Position numbers and translations under genes: made by a program. From NCBI GenBank assembly GCA_050012475.1, contig JBEKHC010000101.1, forward strand, positions 1 to 17,207: DNA of 17,207 nt, given 5' to 3'. This DNA comes from Candidatus Velthaea sp. (GTDB lineage: Bacteria > Vulcanimicrobiota > Vulcanimicrobiia > Vulcanimicrobiales > Vulcanimicrobiaceae). The notes below the pieces were generated by a model. That model saw only the letters and a program-made list of their open reading frames with translations. It was not told where the DNA came from and searched no databases. Shown piece after piece: positions 1 through 8,160 of this stretch (within the stretch, counting starts at the first letter, position 1; every line of letters starts with the position of its first letter).

Positions 1-80
1 CACCCCAACCGTCGGCGGCGCTCAACCGAACACCACTGGCGCGGAGAAGATGTGGTTCGCCAACGCGTGCGGGGTTCGGC

Positions 81-1220
81 GTGGCTAGTACGGTTTCGAG
101 CGTTGCGGTGGAGCGCGAGCCGTGGCGCGTCAAGATTTTGGATCGGTACCTCGTTACCGAATTGGCTGGGCCGTTCGTTTTTGGGCTGTCGACCTTTACG
201 CTGATTTTTATCGCGACGCAGATCATTTCGATCGGCAAGCTGGTTTCCGAAGAGCACGCGCCGCTGGTGGCGGCGATCGAATACTTCTTTTGGGACATGC
301 CGCAGTTTTTGCTGTTCGTCATCCCGATGGCGATGCTGCTGGGGACGCTGCTGGCGATGCAGCGGCTGTCGGGCGACAGCGAGATCACGGCCATGAAAGC
401 CGGCGGCGTCGGCATCATGCGTATCGTGCTGCCGTTGGCGGCGGTCGGACTGGTGGTGTCGTTCGTTTCGCTCGTGCTTCAAGAGGTGCTCGTTCCGCTT
501 GCGAACGACCGCGCAGCGTACATCAAGACGGCGGTGATCCAACACCTCAATCCAGTCGAGGGCAACCTGACCGTGGTCACGCCGCTGCCGGCGGGCGGAA
601 AGCAAATTACGATCGCCTCGGGACTCGATGCACAAACGCAGTCGCTGCTTGGCGTGACCGTCGTCCAGCAAGATCGAACGGGGAAACCGGGGACGATCAT
701 TTACGCCGACCGCGCCCGGTACGAGCCGCCGACGTGGAGTTTCATCAACGCGACCACGCGCACGTTCAATCCCGACGGCAGCGTGACGACGGGCACCGAA
801 CCGCGTTTGAGCGTCGATATCGGTGAGAAGCCCAACGAGATTGCCAAGCACACCGTCAGCGGCGATCCGGAACAGGAGTCACGCGCGGAGATCAAAGCAT
901 CGCTGCAAAGCGGTCTGCTGTCGGCGCAGCAGGTCAAGACGTTTACGGCCAGCTATTCGGCGAAGCTGGCGCGGCCGTTCGCGGCGCTGGTGTTCACCCT
1001 CATCGCCGTGCCGTTCGGCGTTCGGCAGGCCCGCGGCGGCGGACGCGGGCTGGGCTTCGGTCTGGCGCTGGTCATCATTTTCGTCTACTACGTCATCTCG
1101 ACGCTGTTTTTGACGATCGGTGGTACCGCGACGTGGCTGGCCGGCATCGCGGCTTGGACGCCCAACGCCATTTTTACCCTCATCGGCTTATCGTTGCTGC
1201 GGCAGTCGTCGCGTGTTTGA
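81..1220 (+). CDS. LptF/LptG (YjgP/YjgQ) family LPS export ABC transporter permease
   Basis: N-terminal KILDRYL, three TM helices, RLSGDSEITAMKAGG motif, periplasmic beta-rich region, three C-terminal TMs ending AAWTPN. Start uncertain: GTG 81 or GTG 108, and the frame is open to the window edge. Confidence 0.9.
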   Translation: MASTVSSVAVEREPWRVKILDRYLVTELAGPFVFGLSTFTLIFIATQIISIGKLVSEEHAPLVAAIEYFFWDMPQFLLFVIPMAMLLGTLLAMQRLSGDSEITAMKAGGVGIMRIVLPLAAVGLVVSFVSLVLQEVLVPLANDRAAYIKTAVIQHLNPVEGNLTVVTPLPAGGKQITIASGLDAQTQSLLGVTVVQQDRTGKPGTIIYADRARYEPPTWSFINATTRTFNPDGSVTTGTEPRLSVDIGEKPNEIAKHTVSGDPEQESRAEIKASLQSGLLSAQQVKTFTASYSAKLARPFAALVFTLIAVPFGVRQARGGGRGLGFGLALVIIFVYYVISTLFLTIGGTATWLAGIAAWTPNAIFTLIGLSLLRQSSRV

Positions 1221-1259
1221 GATGACGCGTCTGCCGGCCGCTGCGTTCAGGGACGTCTG

Positions 1260-2219
1260 ATGTCGAACTTGCCGGGCATTGGGTTGGTCGTGTTGATCAT
1301 GGCCGTCGCCGGACTCGTGGCGTACGTCGGCGACCGCGTGGGGCATCAGGTGGGGCGGCGCCGGCTGACGCTCTTCGGGCTGCGACCCAAATACACGTCG
1401 ACGATCGTCGCCGTGGCGACCGGGATGCTCATCGCGCTGACCGTCACGCTCATCGCGCTGCTGCTCTCGAGCGAAGTTCGCACGGCGTTTTTCCGCCTCG
1501 ATCAGCTCAACGCGCAGATCAATACGCTGCAAGCTCAGGCGCTCGAACAAAGTTCGGAGCTGGACAAGACGCGCAACGGCACGCTGGCGGTGCCCAACCG
1601 GCAACTCATCGCTAACATCGCGGTGACGCTCGATCCGACGGCGCCCGAAGACGAACAGCTCCGCCGTTTGTCGGCGTTCTTCGACGAAACGGTCAATCTG
1701 GCCAATGCGCAATTGACGAAGCCGCCGTATCTGCTCAAAACGTACACCCGCAAATCGACCGATCCGGATATTCAAGACGGGCTCAAGAAGACCGTCGAAA
1801 CCATCGACGCCGATGCCACGGCGCGCGCGGCGGGCGGCAAACCGCCGGTCGTGCTCGTGCTGCCCGTTGCTGCGCAGAATCTGTTCCGCGGCGACCGCAT
1901 CACGTTCTACCTCTCCCGCTATGCCGATCGCAAGCTGGCATCGGCGGGTGAGGTTTTGGCCTCGGTCGTGGTCGAGGGCGGACAGCCGTTCAATCTCACC
2001 CCGCTCATTACCAATGCATCGGTCCAGCTTGCGCGGCTCGGATTTCCCCCGCCGTTTCTTCAGAGCGCGGGCTACAACGCACCCCAAGTGCAGAACGTGA
2101 TCGCGCAGCTCACGCGCCTGCGCGGCAAATATCGGGTCTCGGCAAAGGCATCGTTCGATCTGTATCCGCATTCCGGAGGTGTGGTCTACGATTTCAGCTT
2201 GTCGCCGGTGCACGCGTGA
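1260..2219 (+). CDS. DUF3084 domain membrane protein
   Basis: Signature GLVAYVGDRVGHQVGRRRLTLFGLRPKYTS between two hydrophobic segments, then a short coiled coil (LDQLNAQINTLQAQALEQSSELDK). Typical neighbour of lptF/G and the YqgF-like gene. Confidence 0.85.
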   Translation: MSNLPGIGLVVLIMAVAGLVAYVGDRVGHQVGRRRLTLFGLRPKYTSTIVAVATGMLIALTVTLIALLLSSEVRTAFFRLDQLNAQINTLQAQALEQSSELDKTRNGTLAVPNRQLIANIAVTLDPTAPEDEQLRRLSAFFDETVNLANAQLTKPPYLLKTYTRKSTDPDIQDGLKKTVETIDADATARAAGGKPPVVLVLPVAAQNLFRGDRITFYLSRYADRKLASAGEVLASVVVEGGQPFNLTPLITNASVQLARLGFPPPFLQSAGYNAPQVQNVIAQLTRLRGKYRVSAKASFDLYPHSGGVVYDFSLSPVHA

Positions 2220-2608
2220 AAATTCTGGGACTCGATCCAGGGACGCGCAAATGCGGATACGCTTTGCTCGACGGCGCCGGTTCCCCGCCGATCGTGCTCG
2301 GGATCGCGGCGCTCGCACAACTGCCCGCAGCGCTGGCGACGATCGTCGCGTCGCATCCGGTCGACATGGTTGCGCTCGGCCGGGGCACGAACAGCGCGCA
2401 GGTCGCGGAAATTTTGACGACCCTTGGGTTGCCGCATACGCTCGTTGACGAGCGCGAAACCACGCTGCGCGCGCGCGGGCGGTTCTTCGCCGACCATCCG
2501 CCGCGCGGTTGGAAACGGCTGGTCCCACGCGGGATGCTGCTGCCGGATCGGCCGATCGACGACTACGCCGCGGTGCTCATTGCAGAGCGTTATCTAACCG
2601 ATAAATAA
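2216..2608 (+). CDS. YqgF/RuvX-like RNase H-fold nuclease (type found next to DUF3084)
   Basis: Motifs ILGLDPGTRKCG, ALGRGT, VDERETT, PIDDYAA. GTGA overlap with the DUF3084 stop. Confidence 0.85.
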   Translation: MKILGLDPGTRKCGYALLDGAGSPPIVLGIAALAQLPAALATIVASHPVDMVALGRGTNSAQVAEILTTLGLPHTLVDERETTLRARGRFFADHPPRGWKRLVPRGMLLPDRPIDDYAAVLIAERYLTDK

Positions 2609-2613
2609 CCGGG

Positions 2614-2640
2614 AGGAGTCGATTGGGGCCGGTCGTATAC
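2614..2640 (+). promoter_or_regulatory. putative promoter AGGA-N16-CGTATA upstream of the SLH/beta-barrel gene
   Basis: AGGA 2614-2617, 16-nt spacer, CGTATAC 2634-2640 in the 148-nt intergenic gap. Similar motifs lie upstream of dnaX and of the 14955 gene. Confidence 0.35.
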
Positions 2641-2756
2641 CGCCTTCGCTGCGCTCCACACCCGGGCGTCTCTTCGTGCCTGCCCCATCGTGCACGATGG
2701 GAAAGATGGCACCTCGATACGGCTTGCGTGGACGCGGTTACATTCGGGGAGTCATC

Positions 2757-5453
2757 ATGAAGTCTCTCGCAACCCTGGTCCTCACGGCGAGCCTTGTGCT
2801 CGGCGCGCTGACGGCCACGGTTGGGCCGGCGCGTGCAACCCCGTTTGCCGACGTGCCCGCGAATCACTGGGCATATCAGGCGATTGCTTCGCTTGCCGCC
2901 GACGGACTCGTCGAGGGCTATACCGACAGCCAGTTCAAAGGCGATCGTCCGCTTTCGCGCTACGAGATGGCCGTGCTCGTTGCGCGGATCATCGCCAAAG
3001 TGCAAGCCAACGGTGCCGGATATGCCTCGAAAGTCGACCTCGACAAGCTGCAGAAGCTCATCGACGCGCTCAAGGACGAACTCGACTCGCTCGGCGTGCG
3101 GGTGACGAACGTCGAGGATGCGCTCGACGCCCTCGATAAGCGAACGAAACTTGCGCAAGCGCTGCAATTGCACGGAGACCTTGACCACAACTTTAGCGAG
3201 CGGCAGTCGGTCACGTTTCCGCACACCGTCACGAACGGCACGGGTCTGGCGCAAGCGTTGTACTACGGCGGCAGCGTGCCGGCCGGCGAGTCGGCGACCG
3301 TCGACCCGTTCGTCGACGCGTTCTTGCGCAGCCCCGAAAGCAACAGTCCGCTGGATCAAGCGGCGCTGGCCAACTACATCCGTTTCGACGACCGCATCGA
3401 CTTGGCGTACACGGTCAACGAGAATCTCATGGTCTCGTTTCCGATCCACATTCTCAATTACGCGGACGGTGACGCGTACGGCTCGAGCGCGAAATATGCG
3501 GTCCAGCCCGACATTCTCATCAACATCGCCAAGAGCGGCAACATCACCAACTTGTATTTGCGCTTCGGCGAACTCGACGACATGCGGTCGTCGCGGCTTG
3601 GGCTCACCTACCGGGCGCCGGACCCTGCCGAACAAGGGCCGGGCTTCGAGTATCCGATTCAAAGCTATCAGCAAGGCGTGCAGGTCGGTGGAACGCTCAA
3701 CGGATTCACCGATTTTCAACTCAATTTCAGTCGCATCGATCCGTCGTACATCAACACCCAGCTCGACGTGCTGGACTCGGGCGGCGCGCTGGGGTTCAAC
3801 AATTATTTCTATTACGTGAACCGGCCCCAGACGACGTACGTCCAGCCCGGGGCGCCCGGTTCGACGAGCGGCGCGCTGCAATCCAACACGTTCACGTCCG
3901 GGAACGCGGTGCTGGCCCAAGTGTTCCTGGCGCAGAAGGCGCAGCTTGGGACTGTATACATCTCGCAGTACGACGGCTCGACGTTCAACAATGCCGCCGT
4001 GCGAACCGGCGGCATCGCCGGCGGCCCGATCGCGCCGCCGGGCTTTCTCTACAACGACACCTACAACGCCGTCGTGTTCACTTCGCCGCTGCCGCCGGGC
4101 TCGTCGGTCACCGTCAGTTACGTCGGATTGACGGTCTCGAATGAAGCCGCCCCCGAGCGCTATGACTTCAACGTGCGCTTGAACCAGAAGATCAAGGGTC
4201 TGCCGGGCGGCGAGGTCGGGTTGTCGTTCAACCGGCTGTTCGACACCGACGACGCAGCGACGCCCGCTGGGATTGCGAACGTTGGTTTGAGCAGCGCGTC
4301 GGGGTACGGGCTGGTGAGCGATTCGGTCTTGGGCGTCGACGCGCAAGTGCCGCTGCGCTTCCTGCATCTGGGCAGTGACCCGGCGCAGTCTCCGGCGCTG
4401 TTCGGCGAAGTCGCCGGCAGCCGGTTCAGCCCCGACTATCGCACGGTCGCCGCGGTTTCAGATTCGGCCGGCGTCGTCGGGCTGCGCCTCAAGCTGCACG
4501 GGATCACGGCGTCGGTGCAGTATCAATCGGTCGGGCCGAATTTTCTCGACGGCGCGCCGCTGCGCTACTTCGGCAATCCGCCGCAGCTTTTCAGCTATTA
4601 CAACCTGAACTATTTCCCCGGCTTTTTCGGTTTCGCCAACAATGCCGCGGTCAACGCCGCGTACGATGCGGCGAACGGAACGTGCAGCGGGACGGACAAG
4701 AGCCGCTGCGCGTCGCGCAACCCCAATCTCACGTTCATCTATCCGGTCTTCAACCCGTTCGATGCCAGCGGCTCGCAATTTTTCAGCGCGTTCGCGCCGA
4801 ACAGCAGCGGCGTGACGGTGAACCTGAGCACGCCGTTGCGGATCGGCGGCCTGCGGGTGAATGCGCGGCTGTTGGGGCAGCACTTGTCCGAGATCACCCC
4901 CGACTATGCGGCCACGCAGTTCTATGCGCCGTACGTTGCCGACGATTTCACCAGTACCAAGCGCATGACGCTGGACAAGATCGAAGCCGGCGCGCAGTTC
5001 AACCTGCCGGTGCTCAAACAGACCGTCGGCATTCACCTCACCGGCGGCATCGAACACTTGTCACGTCCCGATCGGACCGCGTTCAACTATCTTCCGCTCG
5101 ATCCGACGAGCCTCACCCAGACGCTCGGCGGCGCGGGCGTTGCCTTTTATCCGAACTACACCGACATGTATCACACGACGGTGGCCGCGGCCGCTTCGGT
5201 TCCGCTCACCAAGGACGTGGTCTTCGGCGCGAGCTACAACACGCAGGGATTCCATGGCGCTTACGGCACCACGCTGGGTCAGAACATCTCGGAGCGCAAA
5301 GATACGTACGTCGGTTCGATTACGTACAACATCCCGAAGACGACGAGCTCGGTGGCGTTCGCGCTGCGCAACTATCGCTACACGGATTTCACGTTGCCGT
5401 CGTTCAATTCCACCGAGAATCAAGAGGACATCAACTTCGTCGTCCGCTTCTGA
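2757..5453 (+). CDS. S-layer homology (SLH) domain outer-membrane beta-barrel protein, OmpM/SlpA-like, ~898 aa
   Basis: ATG 2757 follows GGGGAG (2746-2751). Sec signal peptide ending ARA|TP; SLH motif PFADVPANHWAY...GLVEGY...FKGDRPLSRYEMA; coiled coil LQKLIDALKDELDSLGVRV; aromatic/Asn/Gly-rich beta region; C-terminal beta-signal DINFVVRF. Confidence 0.85.
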   Translation: MKSLATLVLTASLVLGALTATVGPARATPFADVPANHWAYQAIASLAADGLVEGYTDSQFKGDRPLSRYEMAVLVARIIAKVQANGAGYASKVDLDKLQKLIDALKDELDSLGVRVTNVEDALDALDKRTKLAQALQLHGDLDHNFSERQSVTFPHTVTNGTGLAQALYYGGSVPAGESATVDPFVDAFLRSPESNSPLDQAALANYIRFDDRIDLAYTVNENLMVSFPIHILNYADGDAYGSSAKYAVQPDILINIAKSGNITNLYLRFGELDDMRSSRLGLTYRAPDPAEQGPGFEYPIQSYQQGVQVGGTLNGFTDFQLNFSRIDPSYINTQLDVLDSGGALGFNNYFYYVNRPQTTYVQPGAPGSTSGALQSNTFTSGNAVLAQVFLAQKAQLGTVYISQYDGSTFNNAAVRTGGIAGGPIAPPGFLYNDTYNAVVFTSPLPPGSSVTVSYVGLTVSNEAAPERYDFNVRLNQKIKGLPGGEVGLSFNRLFDTDDAATPAGIANVGLSSASGYGLVSDSVLGVDAQVPLRFLHLGSDPAQSPALFGEVAGSRFSPDYRTVAAVSDSAGVVGLRLKLHGITASVQYQSVGPNFLDGAPLRYFGNPPQLFSYYNLNYFPGFFGFANNAAVNAAYDAANGTCSGTDKSRCASRNPNLTFIYPVFNPFDASGSQFFSAFAPNSSGVTVNLSTPLRIGGLRVNARLLGQHLSEITPDYAATQFYAPYVADDFTSTKRMTLDKIEAGAQFNLPVLKQTVGIHLTGGIEHLSRPDRTAFNYLPLDPTSLTQTLGGAGVAFYPNYTDMYHTTVAAAASVPLTKDVVFGASYNTQGFHGAYGTTLGQNISERKDTYVGSITYNIPKTTSSVAFALRNYRYTDFTLPSFNSTENQEDINFVVRF

Positions 5454-5480
5454 GGCGGAACACTGGCCCGCGCCGCACCG

Positions 5481-6221
5481 ATGCGCGCCGCGCTGATCGC
5501 CTGCGCCCTCGCGCTCGTCGTGCTGCTGGGTCTCGTGCAGGTTACGTCGATGGCCTTCTACGGAGATCTCGCACGGCCGCCGGCGCTGCCGGCGTTGGTC
5601 TCGCCGGCGCTGGGCCGGCAATTGGCACGTCCACTGCGCTCGTCGCAGGCCCCGGCGTTGCTGCGCGTTGCGTACGCGCAGGCGCTGTTGCATCGCGGGG
5701 ATACGGCCGCGGCCGAGTCGATCGTTGCCCGGCTGCCCGCCGAGCCCGGCACGGCCGACTTGCGCGGCCAGCTCGCCCAAGCGCGTGGCGATTCGGCCGC
5801 GGCGCTGCCGTTCTACGTTGCGGCGCGCGACTACGAGCGCGCGCAAGGGCTGATCGATTCCTACGAAAGCGCCGGGCGCTACGCGCAAGCCGGACAGCTC
5901 GAGGTGACGCTCATCAGCGCACTGGGAGCCGATGCCGACGCCGGAATTCGCGCGCGCGCGCTGTGGCGCTTGGGTCAAATCACGCAGGAAGAAGCGACGG
6001 CCGCCGGGTCCGGCGCCGATGCGCTCGCCCGCCGCGCGCTGCAATTGTACGAGCAAGCGCTGCTGCTGGCACCCAATGAAGAAACGTATCTGCTCGCCGC
6101 GGGTCAGCAAGCGCTGACGCTGGGCGACAAAGCCGCCGCCGCCGCGTTTTACCGGCGCGCGCTCGCGGCCGTGCCCAACAGCGCCGACGCCCGCGCCGGC
6201 CTAGAACGCACGCGCGAGTGA
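5481..6221 (+). CDS. membrane-anchored tetratricopeptide repeat protein
   Basis: N-terminal hydrophobic helix and Ala-rich helical repeats with TPR pattern (ALQLYEQALLLAPNE, AAAFYRRALAAVPNSADA). Confidence 0.7.
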   Translation: MRAALIACALALVVLLGLVQVTSMAFYGDLARPPALPALVSPALGRQLARPLRSSQAPALLRVAYAQALLHRGDTAAAESIVARLPAEPGTADLRGQLAQARGDSAAALPFYVAARDYERAQGLIDSYESAGRYAQAGQLEVTLISALGADADAGIRARALWRLGQITQEEATAAGSGADALARRALQLYEQALLLAPNEETYLLAAGQQALTLGDKAAAAAFYRRALAAVPNSADARAGLERTRE

Positions 6222-7243
6222 TCGTTGCGCTCGATGGGCAGCTCGCGGTCGGAACCGCGACCGGGATCGGCGTGTACACGCGCGACCTCGCCGCGGCGTT
6301 GACCGAACGCGCAGTGGACGTGCGCGTGTTGCGTGCCGACTGGCTCGATCCGTGGCGCTTCGACCGGCGTGTGCTGTGGGATCAGGTGCTGCTGCCTTTG
6401 GCCCTCGCGCGCAGCGGCGCAACCGTCGTGCACGCAACGGCGGGGACACTCCCGCTGCTGCGTGGGCGCGTGCCCGTCGTCGTCACCGTCCACGATATGG
6501 CTTGGCTGCGCGTCCAGGCGCACACCAAACGCTATGCGCGCGCGTATTTCGGCGCGGCGATGCGCCGAGCGTACCGTTCGGCGGCCGCCGTCGTGGTCGA
6601 CTCGGGCTTTTCGCGCGATGAATACCTTGCGCTCGCGGGCGATCGGCGCTCGCCGCACGTGGTCTATCCCGGCGTCGACCGCCGCTACGCCGCGATCGAA
6701 CGGCGGCCGGCGGGCGCGCCGTTCGCGCTCGTCGTCGGCACGGTCGAGGTGCGCAAGAATCTGCTGGGCGTGCTGTCCGCGGCCGCGGCGATTCCCGAGT
6801 TGGCGATCGTCGCGGTCGGACCGCCGACACCGTATGTCGACGTCGTGCGCCGGCGCATCGCCGAACTCGGACTAGGCGAGCGCGTCTCCCTGCGCGGATA
6901 CGTCGATCGCGCGACGCTCGACGATCTCTACGCGCGCGCGACACTCGCGCTGGTGCCCTCGCGCTATGAGGGTTTCGGCTATGCCGTCGCCGAGGCGCGC
7001 TGCGCGGGGCTCCCGTTCGTCGCGGCGCGCGGCTCGTCGCTCGACGAAGTCGCGCAGAGCGCCGGTGCGCTCGTCGAGCCGGACGACACCGCCGGCTGGA
7101 TCGCGGCAATCCGAGCGATCCTCGCTGACCGCGACGGCGCGCAAGCACGAGCGGATGCTGACCGCCCGGCCGCCGCCGCGCGCTTTGATTGGTCAACGGC
7201 GGCGGCCGCGCTAACGCAGGTCTACGCTGCCGCCCAGCGCTGA
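6218..7243 (+). CDS. GT4 family (GT-B) glycosyltransferase, mannosyltransferase-like
   Basis: TGIGVY, VVVTVHD, VGTVEVRKN and EX7E motif YEGFGYAVAE. GTGA overlap with the TPR gene. Confidence 0.9.
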   Translation: MIVALDGQLAVGTATGIGVYTRDLAAALTERAVDVRVLRADWLDPWRFDRRVLWDQVLLPLALARSGATVVHATAGTLPLLRGRVPVVVTVHDMAWLRVQAHTKRYARAYFGAAMRRAYRSAAAVVVDSGFSRDEYLALAGDRRSPHVVYPGVDRRYAAIERRPAGAPFALVVGTVEVRKNLLGVLSAAAAIPELAIVAVGPPTPYVDVVRRRIAELGLGERVSLRGYVDRATLDDLYARATLALVPSRYEGFGYAVAEARCAGLPFVAARGSSLDEVAQSAGALVEPDDTAGWIAAIRAILADRDGAQARADADRPAAAARFDWSTAAAALTQVYAAAQR

Positions 7244-7247
7244 GCGG

Positions 7248-8150
7248 CTACGCGGTGCTTTCGGTCCGGAAAACGACGTTGATGTTGGCGCTGTCGTCGT
7301 AGCGCTCGAGGACGTCGGCGGGAATTCCGTCGCGCAAGCGGCGCGCGGTGTAGCCGTGCGCTGCCATCAGCGCGATGACGTCGCCGGCATGCTGGCTGCC
7401 GACGCGCGCGAGCAGCGTCGGATTGAATTCGGCGAGCAGCACCGGCCGGCATCGCGCGAGCGTTCGCGCGGCGCCGGCGAGGATGCGCGGCTCGGCTCCC
7501 TCGGCATCCAGCTTGACGAACGCACACGCCCCGCTGCCGACGACGTCGTCGAGCGTTTGCGCCCGGACCGGAGCGTCGACATGCCCGGCCGGCAGCGCGG
7601 CGGCCGGGGCCAGATATGCGGCTCCGGCGTTGATCGTGACGGGCGCGTGGCGCAAGGATACCGTACCGGCCTGCGCGTCGAGCGCGACGCGGTGCAGCGT
7701 GACGCGCTCGGCGAACCCGTTCTCGGCGATGGTTCGCTCCAGCGCGTCGGCTACCGTTTCGAGCGGCTCGCAAGCGATGACCTCGCCGGCCGGACCGACG
7801 AGCGCGGCCAGAAGCGCGGTATAGAAGCCGATGTTGGCGCCGACATCGACGACGCGATCCCCCGCCCGCACGGTCGCACGCACGAACGCGACTTCCTCGC
7901 GCTCGTAGCGGTCGAGCATGATCTCGCGACTGATCGAACGTTCGCCCAGCGCGACCCAAATGCGAAAGCCGTACTCGGTCTGTTTGATCACCCAGCTATG
8001 CGGATCGAATGCCAGCGAACGGCCGAACGGAACGATCTCGTCCTCGCGCAGCAGCAGCCGCAGAACGGCAGCGCGCAGACGCGGCTGACCGGCGACGCGC
8101 CGGGCCGCGCTGCGCAGGGCGTCGCCGATCGCCGCCGCGTTGCGCGGCAT
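7248..8150 (-). CDS. FkbM family SAM-dependent methyltransferase
   Basis: VVDVGANIGFY SAM-binding motif, IACEP, TLDD, FVKLDAEGAE. Confidence 0.9.
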   Translation of the reverse strand: MPRNAAAIGDALRSAARRVAGQPRLRAAVLRLLLREDEIVPFGRSLAFDPHSWVIKQTEYGFRIWVALGERSISREIMLDRYEREEVAFVRATVRAGDRVVDVGANIGFYTALLAALVGPAGEVIACEPLETVADALERTIAENGFAERVTLHRVALDAQAGTVSLRHAPVTINAGAAYLAPAAALPAGHVDAPVRAQTLDDVVGSGACAFVKLDAEGAEPRILAGAARTLARCRPVLLAEFNPTLLARVGSQHAGDVIALMAAHGYTARRLRDGIPADVLERYDDSANINVVFRTESTA

Positions 8151-8160
8151 CAGGCGCGTG

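Noticed and set aside
1..88. Possible end of an upstream CDS (frame 2, stop 86-88) or a 12-codon uORF from ATG 50
   Set aside because: Too short, with no recognisable family motif (not an LptB C-terminus). It cannot be resolved at the window edge.
2676..2756. 27-aa N-terminal extension of the SLH protein in the ORF track
   Set aside because: The SD and signal peptide point to ATG 2757.
2577..4367. 596-aa antisense ORF and the other long Arg-rich overlapping ORFs (e.g. 1188-2528, 4682-6079, 12302-13621)
   Set aside because: Shadow frames of GC-rich genes, with no motifs and fully overlapping well-supported CDSs.
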